Virus record (IMG/VR): IMGVR_UViG_2974628900_000001
Location: 60,305 to 124,304 of that record
Source of the DNA: Streptomyces virus StarPlatinum
Lineage: Duplodnaviria > Heunggongvirae > Uroviricota > Caudoviricetes
Direction: 5' to 3' (one strand)
Length of the DNA stretch: 64,000 bases
Shown: one piece after another, positions 35,781-44,416 of the stretch
How the letters are laid out: each line of letters starts with the position of its first letter
Position numbering within the stretch: the stretch's first letter is position 1
Made by a program: the position numbers and the translations under genes
Notes under the pieces: model-generated
What the model saw: the letters and a program-made list of their open reading frames with translations, nothing else
Told to the model about the DNA's origin: nothing
Databases searched by the model: none

Positions 35781-35849
35781 AGCGGATTAGTGAAACGGTA
35801 TCACGCGAGGCTCATAATCTCGTATTCCTGTTCGAATCAGGGTCCGCCC
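35781..35849 (+). tRNA. tRNA with CAT anticodon and 1:72 mismatch (initiator-like or Ile2)
   Basis: Same D-arm as previous (GTGAAACGGTATCAC), anticodon stem cgagg/tctcg, loop ctCATaa; terminal acceptor pair unpaired. Confidence 0.55.
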
Positions 35850-35930
35850 CCACGTGATAGTGAAAGGAAGCATCATACCGATGCGATACGATTAAACTCC
35901 TTCTACCGTAAAAAGTAGAAGGAGGTGCAA

Positions 35931-36050
35931 ATGCCAGGACCAATGAGTCGCCCTGATGGTGTTCGAGAGAATGCCGAACAGCGCAAGGAGCGCGGGCGAA
36001 AGATTATTGCCGGTAAGCCTGTTAAGACAGGCAAGACTGCGAAGAAGTGA
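35931..36050 (+). CDS. small basic protein
   Basis: 39 aa; its GAAGGAGG RBS lies inside hairpin CTCCTTCTAC/GTAGAAGGAG. Confidence 0.3.
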   Translation: MPGPMSRPDGVRENAEQRKERGRKIIAGKPVKTGKTAKK

Positions 36051-36057
36051 GGTGTTC

Positions 36058-36243
36058 ATGGCTGAACGCTTCGTCAAGGATCTTGGCGAGGCCGATAGTG
36101 AAGAACATGCTTGGGCAATCTGTGTAGAACTTCGGCAGAAGATGTCAAAGGGCGCAGTTGCAGAATTCAAGCGTAAGAATTACGTCTTCAAGGCTCACAA
36201 GATTAAGAGCAGATGGCATGCCTGTCTGTTCCAGAAAACATGA
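36058..36243 (+). CDS. hypothetical protein
   Basis: 61 aa from internal ATG of track ORF 35956..36243. Confidence 0.4.
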   Translation: MAERFVKDLGEADSEEHAWAICVELRQKMSKGAVAEFKRKNYVFKAHKIKSRWHACLFQKT

Positions 36244-36263
36244 CAAACGGCCTTCGGGCCTAT

Positions 36264-36345
36264 GCGTAAGCGACGAAGTTGGAGAGTCGTGGCGGTCTGT
36301 AAAACCGTTCCTTCGGGTGAGTCAGTTCGAATCTGACCTTACGCA
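36264..36345 (+). tRNA. tRNA-Tyr (anticodon GTA), type II
   Basis: Perfect acceptor gcgtaag/cttacgc, anticodon stem gcggt/accgt, loop ctGTAaa, 12-nt variable arm; GGCC-UUCG-GGCC hairpin upstream. Confidence 0.8.
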
Positions 36346-36420
36346 CGCGAGGTTTGTAGTTCGCCCTCTGTACGGCAAGAGCGCAGCATCCATTAAGTTG
36401 GGGTACAGGAAAACTACACT

Positions 36421-36492
36421 GGTTGCAAGCCAGGGATAAGCTAGGCGGGCCTGTAAAGCCCTACCTCGTTGGTTCGAATCCAACTGCAACCA
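36421..36492 (+). tRNA. tRNA, class I body with anticodon GTA (tentative)
   Basis: Perfect acceptor ggttgca/tgcaacc, T-arm gttggTTCGAATccaac, anticodon loop ctGTAaa with 4-bp stem. Confidence 0.45.
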
Positions 36493-36494
36493 CT

Positions 36495-36567
36495 GTGACG
36501 TAAGCCGAGCGGTTAAGGCACTTGGTTGTGACCCAAGGTTTGGCGGGTTCGACTCCCGTACGTCACC
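36495..36567 (+). tRNA. tRNA-His (anticodon GTG)
   Basis: Perfect acceptor gtgacgt/acgtcac, anticodon stem cttgg/ccaag, loop ttGTGac. Confidence 0.8.
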
Positions 36568-36598
36568 CTCTACAAGTCCCTCTAACATTGGAACAAAC

Positions 36599-36976
36599 AT
36601 GGAAGACAAGTGGGGCAAGCAGGGTTTTCTCAATCCCGTAGACAGTCGTGATGACGGCTGGTACAAGTTCGCTACTGAGTTCACCAAGGATGATCGTAAG
36701 ATCTGTGTGAACACTCAGTTCACAATTTCAGACTGTTCAAACAAGGCTTATCTTGAGTTTGATGTCCGATATCTTTACTTCGGTACAACTTCTCTGGACG
36801 AGATCTCTGAGCGCCAGAAGGAAATAAACGCCCGGCGCAAGAAGGTCAAGGAACTTCGTGATGCTGTAGCAGAATGGGCAGAAGAAACCCTCGCTATTTA
36901 CGACAAATACGAGGATGCCCTAAAGAGCATCAAGAAGGAAGCCAAGAAGAATGGGAAGAAGAAGGGTAGCAAGTAG
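36599..36976 (+). CDS. hypothetical Lys-rich protein
   Basis: 125-aa ORF. Confidence 0.45.
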   Translation: MEDKWGKQGFLNPVDSRDDGWYKFATEFTKDDRKICVNTQFTISDCSNKAYLEFDVRYLYFGTTSLDEISERQKEINARRKKVKELRDAVAEWAEETLAIYDKYEDALKSIKKEAKKNGKKKGSK

Positions 36977-37283
36977 TCTTGCGATCATGCTACTGAGTGT
37001 AGTAGCATGTAGTCGTGGGGAGTCAGACTTCTCTACTAAGGACAAAGCATTTGTCAAGACTGTGAGACAAGAGATCACAGCAAGTAGAGACATGTCTGAT
37101 GGTCAATTGATTGAGTCTGCAAAGGCTGTCTGCAACATCGCAGAAGAGGAAGACAACTTCCTTGACGTTGTTGACAGAACACGCCCGGCGCTAGGATTCA
37201 CCCCAAGTGATACTAGCTATTACGTAGGCGCATCAATTGCTGCTTACTGCCCTGAAAACAAAAACATCATTCCTGGAGCATAA
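36951..37283 (+). CDS. putative lipoprotein
   Basis: Signal-like SLAIMLLSVVAC with lipobox Cys. Confidence 0.45.
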   Translation: MGRRRVASSLAIMLLSVVACSRGESDFSTKDKAFVKTVRQEITASRDMSDGQLIESAKAVCNIAEEEDNFLDVVDRTRPALGFTPSDTSYYVGASIAAYCPENKNIIPGA

Positions 37284-37284
37284 G

Positions 37285-37539
37285 ATGCAGATTGGTTTTG
37301 AATACATTGAGGGCAACGGTCCATTCACTGTAGTTGGATATATCGGAGACAGCTTCAATCCCTTGAAACAGCCTTTCGAGCTTCACTATCATGATGGATT
37401 CGCAGAACTGATTGTCATCACCGATGACTATGTAGTTCGTGCCACTGGAGAATACAACAGAGGCATTGGCGTTCTCAATGCTGGAGAAACTGGTCAGCTT
37501 ATCTTTAACCTAGTCCATCAACTTGACAATGGGGACTAA
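37285..37539 (+). CDS. hypothetical protein
   Basis: 84 aa from internal ATG (TAAGATG junction). Confidence 0.4.
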   Translation: MQIGFEYIEGNGPFTVVGYIGDSFNPLKQPFELHYHDGFAELIVITDDYVVRATGEYNRGIGVLNAGETGQLIFNLVHQLDNGD

Positions 37540-37558
37540 CTCCTGTAATGTAGTTAAT

Positions 37559-37633
37559 GGCGGCGTCGTAGAGAGTTTCTACCGGTAGTCTGCAAAACTA
37601 CTCGATTAGAGGGTGCGACTCCCTCCGTTGCCT
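37559..37633 (+). tRNA. tRNA (Cys GCA?) with non-canonical T-loop
   Basis: Acceptor ggcggcg/cgttgcc, D gtag/ctac, anticodon stem gtagt/actac, loop ctGCAaa; T-loop TGCGACT rather than TTCGAxT. Confidence 0.45.
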
Positions 37634-37635
37634 CT

Positions 37636-37710
37636 GCCGGATTAGCTCATTTGGTGTAGAGCGGCTGTCTTGTAAACAGCAGGTGATCGGTTCGAAACCG
37701 ATATCCGGCT
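37636..37710 (+). tRNA. tRNA-Thr (anticodon TGT)
   Basis: Perfect acceptor gccggat/atccggc, anticodon stem gctgt/acagc, loop ctTGTaa. Confidence 0.8.
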
Positions 37711-37802
37711 CAATGGAGGACCAACCCAGGGAGAATGCAACCGAACTGGGCAATGGGAATTCAGGACGGTCTAGTACCTAGTTGCAGGGGAACGGCCTTT
37801 AT

Positions 37803-37874
37803 GCCCCCATAGTGCTAGTGGTAACACGGTATCTTGGTAAGATACTATCGTCAGTTCGATTCTGACTGGGGGAT
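37803..37874 (+). tRNA. tRNA-Thr (anticodon GGT)
   Basis: Anticodon stem gtatc/gatac, loop ttGGTaa, T-arm gtcagTTCGATTctgac. Confidence 0.7.
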
Positions 37875-37997
37875 CTGGAAGGATGTGATTTCATGTACAG
37901 GCTAAAGTCTCTAGTGGCAAAGCTTAAGCCATATCTACCAGCAGCCCTTGCTTGGTGGAGTGCACGAAAGCGTAAGACCAGGGTGTAACAGCCCTTT

Positions 37998-38069
37998 CTC
38001 TCCGTAGGCTAATGGATAAACCGAGAGGCTACGAACCTCTAATTCTCAGTTCGAGTCTGGGCGGAGAGG
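37998..38069 (+). tRNA. tRNA-Arg (anticodon ACG)
   Basis: Perfect acceptor ctctccg/cggagag, anticodon stem agagg/cctct, loop ctACGaa. Confidence 0.8.
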
Positions 38070-38071
38070 CT

Positions 38072-38096
38072 GGCCCCGATCATTTGATCGGGGCCT
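38072..38096 (+). terminator. rho-independent terminator after tRNA cluster
   Basis: GGCCCCGATC-attt-GATCGGGGCC then T-rich. Confidence 0.7.
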
Positions 38097-38121
38097 TACT
38101 TCATGTTTAAGGTGATTTAAC

Positions 38122-38268
38122 ATGTGTGAAATGAACCGGTGGGAGAACGAGGGAGGTAAGACAACTAAGCTTCCTTGCATCTTTCATGGAAAAGAATATA
38201 AAGAACATGACTTCTACTATGGTGATCAATGCCGTAGGTGTGGAGTCTGGAAGGATGAGCAAGATTGA
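38122..38268 (+). CDS. small Cys-containing protein
   Basis: 48 aa, C...CIFH...CRRC. Confidence 0.35.
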   Translation: MCEMNRWENEGGKTTKLPCIFHGKEYKEHDFYYGDQCRRCGVWKDEQD

Positions 38269-38822
38269 AGATTTTTTACGACACCGAATTTTATGAGACT
38301 GGACCGGAGGAGCCTGTTAGGTTCATCAGTCTAGGCGCGGTGCGCGAGGATGGCGAACGACTGTACCTGATCACCAACAACCTCTACGTGCTCAACAGAG
38401 CAAATGAGAATGAGTGGATGAGGGAGAACGTCATCGCCCATTTGCCAGTAAAGCAGACGGACACTGGAAGCCTCGCATGGGACACTCAGCATCCCGACTA
38501 CGCAAGGGTTCTGCCCAACGAGGCGATTGCTGGATTGTGGAGAGATTTCGTCCTGGACTACGACGAGGCACATGAGTTTGACAAGCCCGAGCTGTGGGCC
38601 TACTATGGAGCCTATGACCATGTGGTTGTCAGCCAGCTCTTTGGGCGTATGATTGACTTGCCAGATGGCATGCCGATGTATACAATGGATCTAAAGCAGC
38701 GTTGGCACAACGAGGGAAGACCTCCGCTACCAAAGCAAGACGGTGGAGAGCACAACGCCCTTGACGATGCCTTGTGGAACAAGATAGTATCAGACTATCT
38801 AGACGCTTACGGCGAAAGGTAA
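38265..38822 (+). CDS. DEDDh 3'-5' exonuclease (DnaQ/RNase T-like)
   Basis: Exo I FYDTEF, Exo II YGAYDHVV, Exo III HNALDDA. Confidence 0.75.
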   Translation: MKIFYDTEFYETGPEEPVRFISLGAVREDGERLYLITNNLYVLNRANENEWMRENVIAHLPVKQTDTGSLAWDTQHPDYARVLPNEAIAGLWRDFVLDYDEAHEFDKPELWAYYGAYDHVVVSQLFGRMIDLPDGMPMYTMDLKQRWHNEGRPPLPKQDGGEHNALDDALWNKIVSDYLDAYGER

Positions 38823-38826
38823 TTAA

Positions 38827-39222
38827 ATGGGTGATCGCACCAATGTTGGCGTAGTCATGCGTGGCAGCAATGGACAAGAGAAGCTTGGTATCCTGTGGGT
38901 TTATTCACACTGGGGTCTACCTGGCATTACGGCTTCCATTGCGAAGGCTCTTGACAACGCCAAGGGTCGATGGGATGATGATATGTATGGACAGCGAATC
39001 TTCGTTCAGTCCATCATGGAGGCCGGTGGCATGGAAGGTAGCTCTGAGCTAGGCGGTGGACTAAGCTTTAACTTCATCGCTGACAATGAGCACAAGCTTT
39101 GGGTGGCTGACTTCTACGACCAAACGATGTATCTCTTCCCTGAGTACAGCGGTGGTCTTGACACACCCGAGCCTCTTGTGGCAACATCATTTCAGAACTT
39201 CGTCACTAAGTATCTTAAGTGA
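38827..39222 (+). CDS. hypothetical protein
   Basis: 131-aa ORF. Confidence 0.45.
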   Translation: MGDRTNVGVVMRGSNGQEKLGILWVYSHWGLPGITASIAKALDNAKGRWDDDMYGQRIFVQSIMEAGGMEGSSELGGGLSFNFIADNEHKLWVADFYDQTMYLFPEYSGGLDTPEPLVATSFQNFVTKYLK

Positions 39223-39243
39223 CGTAGGCCCTTCGGGGCTCTA

Positions 39244-39522
39244 GGGGATGCCTTGGTTTCGACTGGGGTGGATGACTTTAGTTTGCAGCCTGACATTGAG
39301 GAGATGTCATTAAAAAGCCTCAAACCTATAAATGCCAACTCTAACGTTGCATCTGCCTACGCCCTAGCGGCGTGATGGCCGGGCGGCGACTGCCTAGGAA
39401 CAGAAAGTTGCGAATGTTTGGCCCGGTGGGGATAAACACATCGTAGTATCTGCTTGACACATGGCTGTGTATAGACTACTGTTTGAAGCATCAGGACGCG
39501 GGTTCGACTCCCGCCATCTCCA
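39244..39522 (+). ncRNA. ssrA: tmRNA (SsrA), tag peptide (A)NSNVASAYALAA
   Basis: 5' GGGGATGCCTTGGTTTCGACTGGGG and 3' GGACGCGGGTTCGACTCCCGCCATCTCCA parallel E. coli tmRNA ends; G3:U70 in acceptor; internal ORF GCC AAC TCT AAC GTT GCA TCT GCC TAC GCC CTA GCG GCG TGA. Confidence 0.85.
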
Positions 39523-39535
39523 CTTAAGGATCATC

Positions 39536-39850
39536 ATGAACTTGACAGGTCGCTCCACTATGGTAGACTTCGATCTGAGCGAGCAAGACGCTCGAACGAT
39601 TCAGAAGAGCATGCGAACTGGTCCTGTGACTCTCAAGGTTACTAGGATTCAGATCAGCTACACATACGGCGCGGTGCTTGTTGGCCTTGATCGTAACCCT
39701 GGCCCTCACTACAAGGTGAGAGTATCAGGATATCGAATGAAGGCTGGCATGAAGCAACGTGATACTGTTGTTCAGCACAGCTATCTTAACCCTGACCTGC
39801 CAGACTGGCTTGAGCAGATGGTTGTTGACAACGCTCCCAACTGGTACTAG
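39536..39850 (+). CDS. hypothetical protein
   Basis: AAGGA RBS; 104 aa; start placed after tmRNA 3' end. Confidence 0.45.
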   Translation: MNLTGRSTMVDFDLSEQDARTIQKSMRTGPVTLKVTRIQISYTYGAVLVGLDRNPGPHYKVRVSGYRMKAGMKQRDTVVQHSYLNPDLPDWLEQMVVDNAPNWY

Positions 39851-39859
39851 GATGTAAAC

Positions 39860-40084
39860 ATGCCGAAATGGATGCGACTTCCGGGAACGGATAAGGAAGC
39901 CAGCCTTAGTGATAGGGTTGGCTCTGCCTTCGAAAATGGTTATGGCGATGAAGGCCCTTTGGCCAAGGGAATCGTCATTGGAGGATGTGTTTTCCTCCCT
40001 CTCATAGTTACTCTTGGCATCTTTGGTGGTGCTGCGTATGGACTCTGGAGGCTTGCCGAATGGCTCTGGACTATGATAGCCTGA
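39860..40084 (+). CDS. membrane protein
   Basis: 74 aa with C-terminal hydrophobic helices. Confidence 0.45.
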   Translation: MPKWMRLPGTDKEASLSDRVGSAFENGYGDEGPLAKGIVIGGCVFLPLIVTLGIFGGAAYGLWRLAEWLWTMIA

Positions 40085-40132
40085 TGAAGAAGTGGATGGA
40101 CACCATCCGAAAGATGAATCAGAAAGGCTGAC

Positions 40133-40537
40133 ATGCGTACCAAAACAGTTACTAAACTGGTGCGTAATCTCACGCAAAAAGAATACAGTCAGTGCAAGTC
40201 TCTGAACTTCCGCTATGACGGCTGTATGATGTATGATCTCCCCTGGTCAAAGAAGGCTTTTCCAAAGCAGGCCAGAGTGGTTATGATCAAAGACGCTGAG
40301 ACTGATATGCTTATCGCTTGGTGTCTCGCATATCCGAACAATGCGGGTGACAACTTCATCACTCAGTATTACACTAGAGTGAAGTTCCGCAACATGGGTT
40401 ATGGAAGCCGTCTGATTTACCATGTCAGAAAGTTCGCTCCAAGCCCTGTAGTAATGCCGCACGATCCAAATAGTCGTGCGTTTTTCCGTAAGCACGAAGA
40501 CAAGATCACTGTCCGTGCTTCTCACTCTCTCTACTGA
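40133..40537 (+). CDS. putative GNAT-family acetyltransferase
   Basis: RNMGYGSRLIYHVRKF resembles GNAT motif A; weak. Confidence 0.35.
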   Translation: MRTKTVTKLVRNLTQKEYSQCKSLNFRYDGCMMYDLPWSKKAFPKQARVVMIKDAETDMLIAWCLAYPNNAGDNFITQYYTRVKFRNMGYGSRLIYHVRKFAPSPVVMPHDPNSRAFFRKHEDKITVRASHSLY

Positions 40538-40547
40538 AAGGCCCAAA

Positions 40548-40763
40548 ATGGCTAAGCGTGTCAAGGCTCTTGAGCTTCGTTCCACCGACCGTGACAACTT
40601 CTTCAACCTGTACGTTTCTGGTTCTTGGAAGGGTCTCGTTGAGACCAGCAAGGTCGGCCGTAAGACCAACTTCCGTATCCACGGTGCAAAGCGTAACTTC
40701 GAGGACTTCACTGGCACCAAGAAGGACTTTGAGGCTTTCGCCAAGGAGCGCTTCTCCAAGTGA
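40548..40763 (+). CDS. hypothetical basic protein
   Basis: 71 aa from internal ATG; overlapping minus-strand ORFs judged spurious. Confidence 0.4.
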   Translation: MAKRVKALELRSTDRDNFFNLYVSGSWKGLVETSKVGRKTNFRIHGAKRNFEDFTGTKKDFEAFAKERFSK

Positions 40764-40767
40764 GGTA

Positions 40768-41016
40768 ATGATGTTTGACAGGGTTGTCAAGAGTTACGAC
40801 TACTCCTGCTACGCTTGTCCGGTAATTGTAGATGGCTTCCTTAAGTCTGGGGAGCCATTCTATTTCCGACTTCGTCACGGTGTCGCCAGGCTCGTTCTGG
40901 AGGACACAAAACGCGCGGCGGTGATGGAAGCAATTGACGGTCTAGACGGCACATGTAGCAATGAGCAGTTCAAGCAAATGTTCAATCGCCTGTACCTTGA
41001 AATCGTAATGGGCTGA
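40768..41016 (+). CDS. hypothetical Cys-containing protein
   Basis: GAGGTAA RBS; 82 aa (MMFDRVVKSYDYSCYACPV...). Confidence 0.4.
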   Translation: MMFDRVVKSYDYSCYACPVIVDGFLKSGEPFYFRLRHGVARLVLEDTKRAAVMEAIDGLDGTCSNEQFKQMFNRLYLEIVMG

Positions 41017-41027
41017 AAGGCCCTAAT

Positions 41028-41086
41028 GCTACGTAGCTTAATATGGCAAAGCAACTCTTGGCCAGAGTGTCATGTGGTTCGAACCC
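41028..41086 (+). ncRNA. degenerate tRNA-like element
   Basis: Acceptor gctacgt/tcgtagc and D-arm GCTTAATATGGCAAAGC present, but weak T-stem and 4-bp anticodon stem. Confidence 0.3.
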
Positions 41087-41176
41087 CATCGTAGCAGCAA
41101 TATCAATTAGACTTCATAATCACTCTCCTGTTATACTATAGATGCCTAATTCATCAGAGGCAGGAGGATTGATTAT

Positions 41177-41617
41177 ATGGATTTTGTAGAACATTTGGGC
41201 TACCAATACCTCACTGACCTTCTGACGGAAATCCGCGTAGGCCAGCAGGGATTGGAGGAACGAATGGCAGACCTAACAACTGAGGTTGCAAACCTCCGTG
41301 AGGCAGTAAGCGGTGTTAGCGCACGTGTAGATGCTCTTGTTGGTCCACTAACGGACGCCGTTAGAGAGGCCCAGGATGCACTAGCAGCCGAGCGTCAGGC
41401 AGCAGCAGATCTTGCAGCAGCCGAAGACGCAGAGGACGTAGCGCAGAACCAGGCTCTTGCAGATGCGCAGGCTGCAACAGATGCCGCACTTGCAAACGCT
41501 CAGACAGCAGCCGACGAGATCAGTGCAGAAACTGCACGTCTTAACGAGGTTGCAAAGCCAGCCGAGGAGCCTACTCCAGAGCCAGAGCAGCCATCTGGTC
41601 CAGTAGTAGAAGGTTGA
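41177..41617 (+). CDS. Ala/Glu-rich coiled-coil protein
   Basis: 146 aa, low complexity AAADLAAAEDAEDVAQNQALADAQAA; RBS partly sequestered by CTCCTG/CAGGAG inverted repeat. Confidence 0.5.
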   Translation: MDFVEHLGYQYLTDLLTEIRVGQQGLEERMADLTTEVANLREAVSGVSARVDALVGPLTDAVREAQDALAAERQAAADLAAAEDAEDVAQNQALADAQAATDAALANAQTAADEISAETARLNEVAKPAEEPTPEPEQPSGPVVEG

Positions 41618-41673
41618 TAAAAAAGGAGTTGACAGCCCCTATAGGTCTCTAGTAGACTAGCTGTCATAAGCAT

Positions 41674-41801
41674 GGCCCCAAAGAGCCACTAGCGGTCTAC
41701 GGTAGCGCTGCCGCCCGTTAGACTCCATGCGGCACCAGGCTTGTGCAACCGACGGGTTGAGAACATAAGCAAAGGGGAGGGTTCGAATCCCTCTGGGGTC
41801 C
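41674..41801 (+). ncRNA. long tRNA-like element (about 128 nt)
   Basis: TTGACA-18-TAGACT promoter upstream; ggcccca/tggggtc acceptor pairing and canonical T-arm gagggTTCGAATccctc separated by about 95 nt. Confidence 0.3.
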
Positions 41802-41872
41802 ACTATGATTATAAACTATGACCCTGGTTAAGTAGCTTGACAAGCTACACTACAACAACTAGGATGTGATGT

Positions 41873-42169
41873 ATGGCTACCATCAAGGAACGCGGAACCG
41901 ACAAGTGGAACATGAGCAAGGCGACTCGTCGCAGTGCCCGCAACTTTGTCGAGCGTGAGAAGGTTGGCAAGGCTAAGAAGAAGAACACTCGCAAGTGGTG
42001 CAAGGGTAAGGAAGGGCGTAAGCACACTCTCGCTCTTTACAACAAGTACACCTGGCGTCACGGATACAAGTGCTTCAAGTGCAGCAAGGAATTCTACTTC
42101 CCCATCAACCGCGAGGACTTTGACTTCGTTGAGCGCAAGTGGGAAGATGACTACAACTGGGGCAACTGA
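41873..42169 (+). CDS. basic Cys-containing protein
   Basis: TTGACA-17-TAGGAT promoter; 98 aa, Lys/Arg-rich, CKGK...CFKC. Confidence 0.45.
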   Translation: MATIKERGTDKWNMSKATRRSARNFVEREKVGKAKKKNTRKWCKGKEGRKHTLALYNKYTWRHGYKCFKCSKEFYFPINREDFDFVERKWEDDYNWGN

Positions 42170-42354
42170 TGCAGCTTAAGATGTACGCTATTGCCTGTGA
42201 CCAAGCAGAAGCTATCAAAAACTGCTACACAGGCAAGTACACAAATCAACCATTCTGGCCAGAGCATAAGACTCTGGTACCATATCTGCAAAGGGCCAGG
42301 GAGGAAAACCCTGACCTTCCACTAAAGATCTTTGTCATTAAGGTGAGTGGATAA
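42169..42354 (+). CDS. hypothetical protein
   Basis: 61-aa ORF (ATGA overlap). Confidence 0.4.
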   Translation: MQLKMYAIACDQAEAIKNCYTGKYTNQPFWPEHKTLVPYLQRAREENPDLPLKIFVIKVSG

Positions 42355-42356
42355 AA

Positions 42357-42617
42357 TTGGCCGGTAACAAGAACAGCCGTAAGAAGTGGCTTTGTCTTGA
42401 CTGTGGTGTTGACACTGGCAAGATTGGCGAACACTTCTTTCTGATCAACGATGTCTGGTCCTTGACAGGACTTGGACACAAGGGTATGCTCTGTGTAGAG
42501 CACGTTGAGAAGCGCATCGGCAGGCGTCTTGTTCCGGCCGATTTTGCTTCTGTATGGATTAACGGACCGCGAGGCGGCGTCAAGAGCCAGCGCCTTGCTA
42601 ATCGATTGGGATTGTAA
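42357..42617 (+). CDS. zinc-finger protein
   Basis: 86 aa, CLDCG...CVEH. Confidence 0.45.
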   Translation: MAGNKNSRKKWLCLDCGVDTGKIGEHFFLINDVWSLTGLGHKGMLCVEHVEKRIGRRLVPADFASVWINGPRGGVKSQRLANRLGL

Positions 42618-42829
42618 TGGTGTGGAATTGGGTTGAGGCAGCGCCAGAAGCTGTCGAATACTACAAAAAGAAGAAGGCTGCACATGTTGCCGACGTTGGT
42701 GACATTGAGGTCTGGCGAGACGCCTACGGTTATTCTCGTCTGATCAAGGAGTCTGACGGCAAGATCTACATCAGCGGCCGAGACTTCTTCACGATCAAGG
42801 ACGCCAAAGATGCAGCCGCTGCGTGTTAA
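42617..42829 (+). CDS. hypothetical protein
   Basis: 70-aa ORF. Confidence 0.4.
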   Translation: MVWNWVEAAPEAVEYYKKKKAAHVADVGDIEVWRDAYGYSRLIKESDGKIYISGRDFFTIKDAKDAAAAC

Positions 42830-43001
42830 TGTTGGCGATATAGTCTGTGACTGTCGCTACCTTCACCTAAAGGTCTTGAAGATCTGGCCCGATGGTGATA
42901 CAGTATCTCTAGAAGATGGATCAAGTTGCTCCATCAGACATTGCTTGGATGCTGCTGATCATGAATGGCAGCATCCGGAAAACTACTAATCTGGAGGACC
43001 G

Positions 43002-44078
43002 ATGAAGTTCACCAAGATCTTCTCACAGGAGCTGCTTGACGAGATGATCTCAGAGGGCTATGTCCGGGCGCAATTTCATCCGGTTCTGCCTCTCAAGATT
43101 CTCAACTACTCCGAGAAGACTCAGTTCGCTGGAAAGTGGAATGACTGCACGCTTAACTGTCGTGGATTGATCGTTGACCTTGACGGCAACTTGATTGCTC
43201 GTCCTTTCATGAAGTTCTTCAACTTGGGTGACTCTCAGTCTGCACAACTTGACTGGGATGCTCCGGTTGAGGTTACGGACAAGAAGGACGGCTCAATGGG
43301 GGTTCTGTACTCATACGGCGGTGATTGGGCAATTGCGACTCGCGGCTCATTCATGTCAGACCAGGCGATTCACGGAACTCGTGTGCTAAATGAGCGTTAC
43401 AGCCACATCCAGTTTGTCTCAGACTACACTTTCATCTTCGAGATCGTTTACCCTGAGAACAGGATTGTTCTGGACTACGGTTCAATGGACGACCTGATTC
43501 TTCTGGGTGCGGTTCACAAGGAGTACGGTTACGTCTGCGGCCCTCTGGAGGCTCAGGCAATTGTTAATTGGGACGGGCCGGTGACGGAGGTCTTCAATTA
43601 CAACTCATTGCGTGAGGCGGCTGGAGCGCAGTACAGGAAGAACGCAGAGGGTTTCGTAGTCCGCTCTGGCAACAAGATGGTCAAGATCAAGCAGGCAGAT
43701 TACGTTGAGCTGCACCGCATGATCTCCATGCTTTCAGAGCGTTCTGTATGGAGCCAGCTCACCGAGGGCAAGACGATTCTTGAGATTTGTGAGGCACTGC
43801 CTGACGAGTTTCACGGGTTTGTCAAGGACGTTGGTGGCAAGCTTCTCACTGACTACGAGCGCATCGAGGTCGAGGTTTACGGTATCTACCAGAACCTTCT
43901 GACTTCTTTGGGCGAGGGTTTCACGCGACGTGACTTCGCAATGGCCGCAAACCGAATCGATCTCTACAGGTCTCACATGTTCAACCTGCTTGACGGGAAG
44001 AGCATCAATGAGCTAATCTGGAAGCAGATCAGGCCGGAGGCCAAGCGAGAGGACGTACACCCTACCAATGCAGGCTAA
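43002..44078 (+). CDS. rnlA: RNA ligase 1 (T4 RnlA-like) tRNA repair ligase
   Basis: NCRGLIVDLDGNLIARPFMKFFNLGD matches T4 Rnl1 ECRGIMFEMDGE..RPMEKFFNLNE; motif I KxDGS (TDKKDGSMG); FEIVYPENRIVLDY; motif V KMVKIKQADY. Confidence 0.85.
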   Translation: MKFTKIFSQELLDEMISEGYVRAQFHPVLPLKILNYSEKTQFAGKWNDCTLNCRGLIVDLDGNLIARPFMKFFNLGDSQSAQLDWDAPVEVTDKKDGSMGVLYSYGGDWAIATRGSFMSDQAIHGTRVLNERYSHIQFVSDYTFIFEIVYPENRIVLDYGSMDDLILLGAVHKEYGYVCGPLEAQAIVNWDGPVTEVFNYNSLREAAGAQYRKNAEGFVVRSGNKMVKIKQADYVELHRMISMLSERSVWSQLTEGKTILEICEALPDEFHGFVKDVGGKLLTDYERIEVEVYGIYQNLLTSLGEGFTRRDFAMAANRIDLYRSHMFNLLDGKSINELIWKQIRPEAKREDVHPTNAG

Positions 44079-44358
44079 CGAGGAGTGGCGCAAAGATCCT
44101 CACCGTAGGTATTTGGCCGAGCACCTTTGTAAGAAGCGTGCTCGGCTGTACCTAATGCTGATCGAGGATCTTGAGCGCGCCGACAGATGTCTCCAAATGA
44201 TTCGAGAGACAAAAGAAGAAATACCAAACGCCAATAATGGATATCGTGCAATGAGCTTCTATGCCGATATCGAAGAGGCCCGGCGTAAGTATAACCACTA
44301 CAACAATCCTACAGAAACCCTAATCGGCAACATGGCTGCCTTTGGGGAAGGAGCATAA
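44068..44358 (+). CDS. hypothetical protein
   Basis: 96-aa ORF. Confidence 0.4.
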   Translation: MQANEEWRKDPHRRYLAEHLCKKRARLYLMLIEDLERADRCLQMIRETKEEIPNANNGYRAMSFYADIEEARRKYNHYNNPTETLIGNMAAFGEGA

Positions 44359-44416
44359 TGAACGAGTTTATTGCCAAGCATCCTGTAGCATTCGCTGCCG
44401 CGTTCTTCGTGATGGG

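Noticed and set aside
40247-40790. Minus-strand ORFs 40247..40759 and 40506..40790
   Set aside because: They are antisense to two well-formed + strand genes with RBSs and have Ser/Thr/Val-rich composition typical of shadow ORFs.
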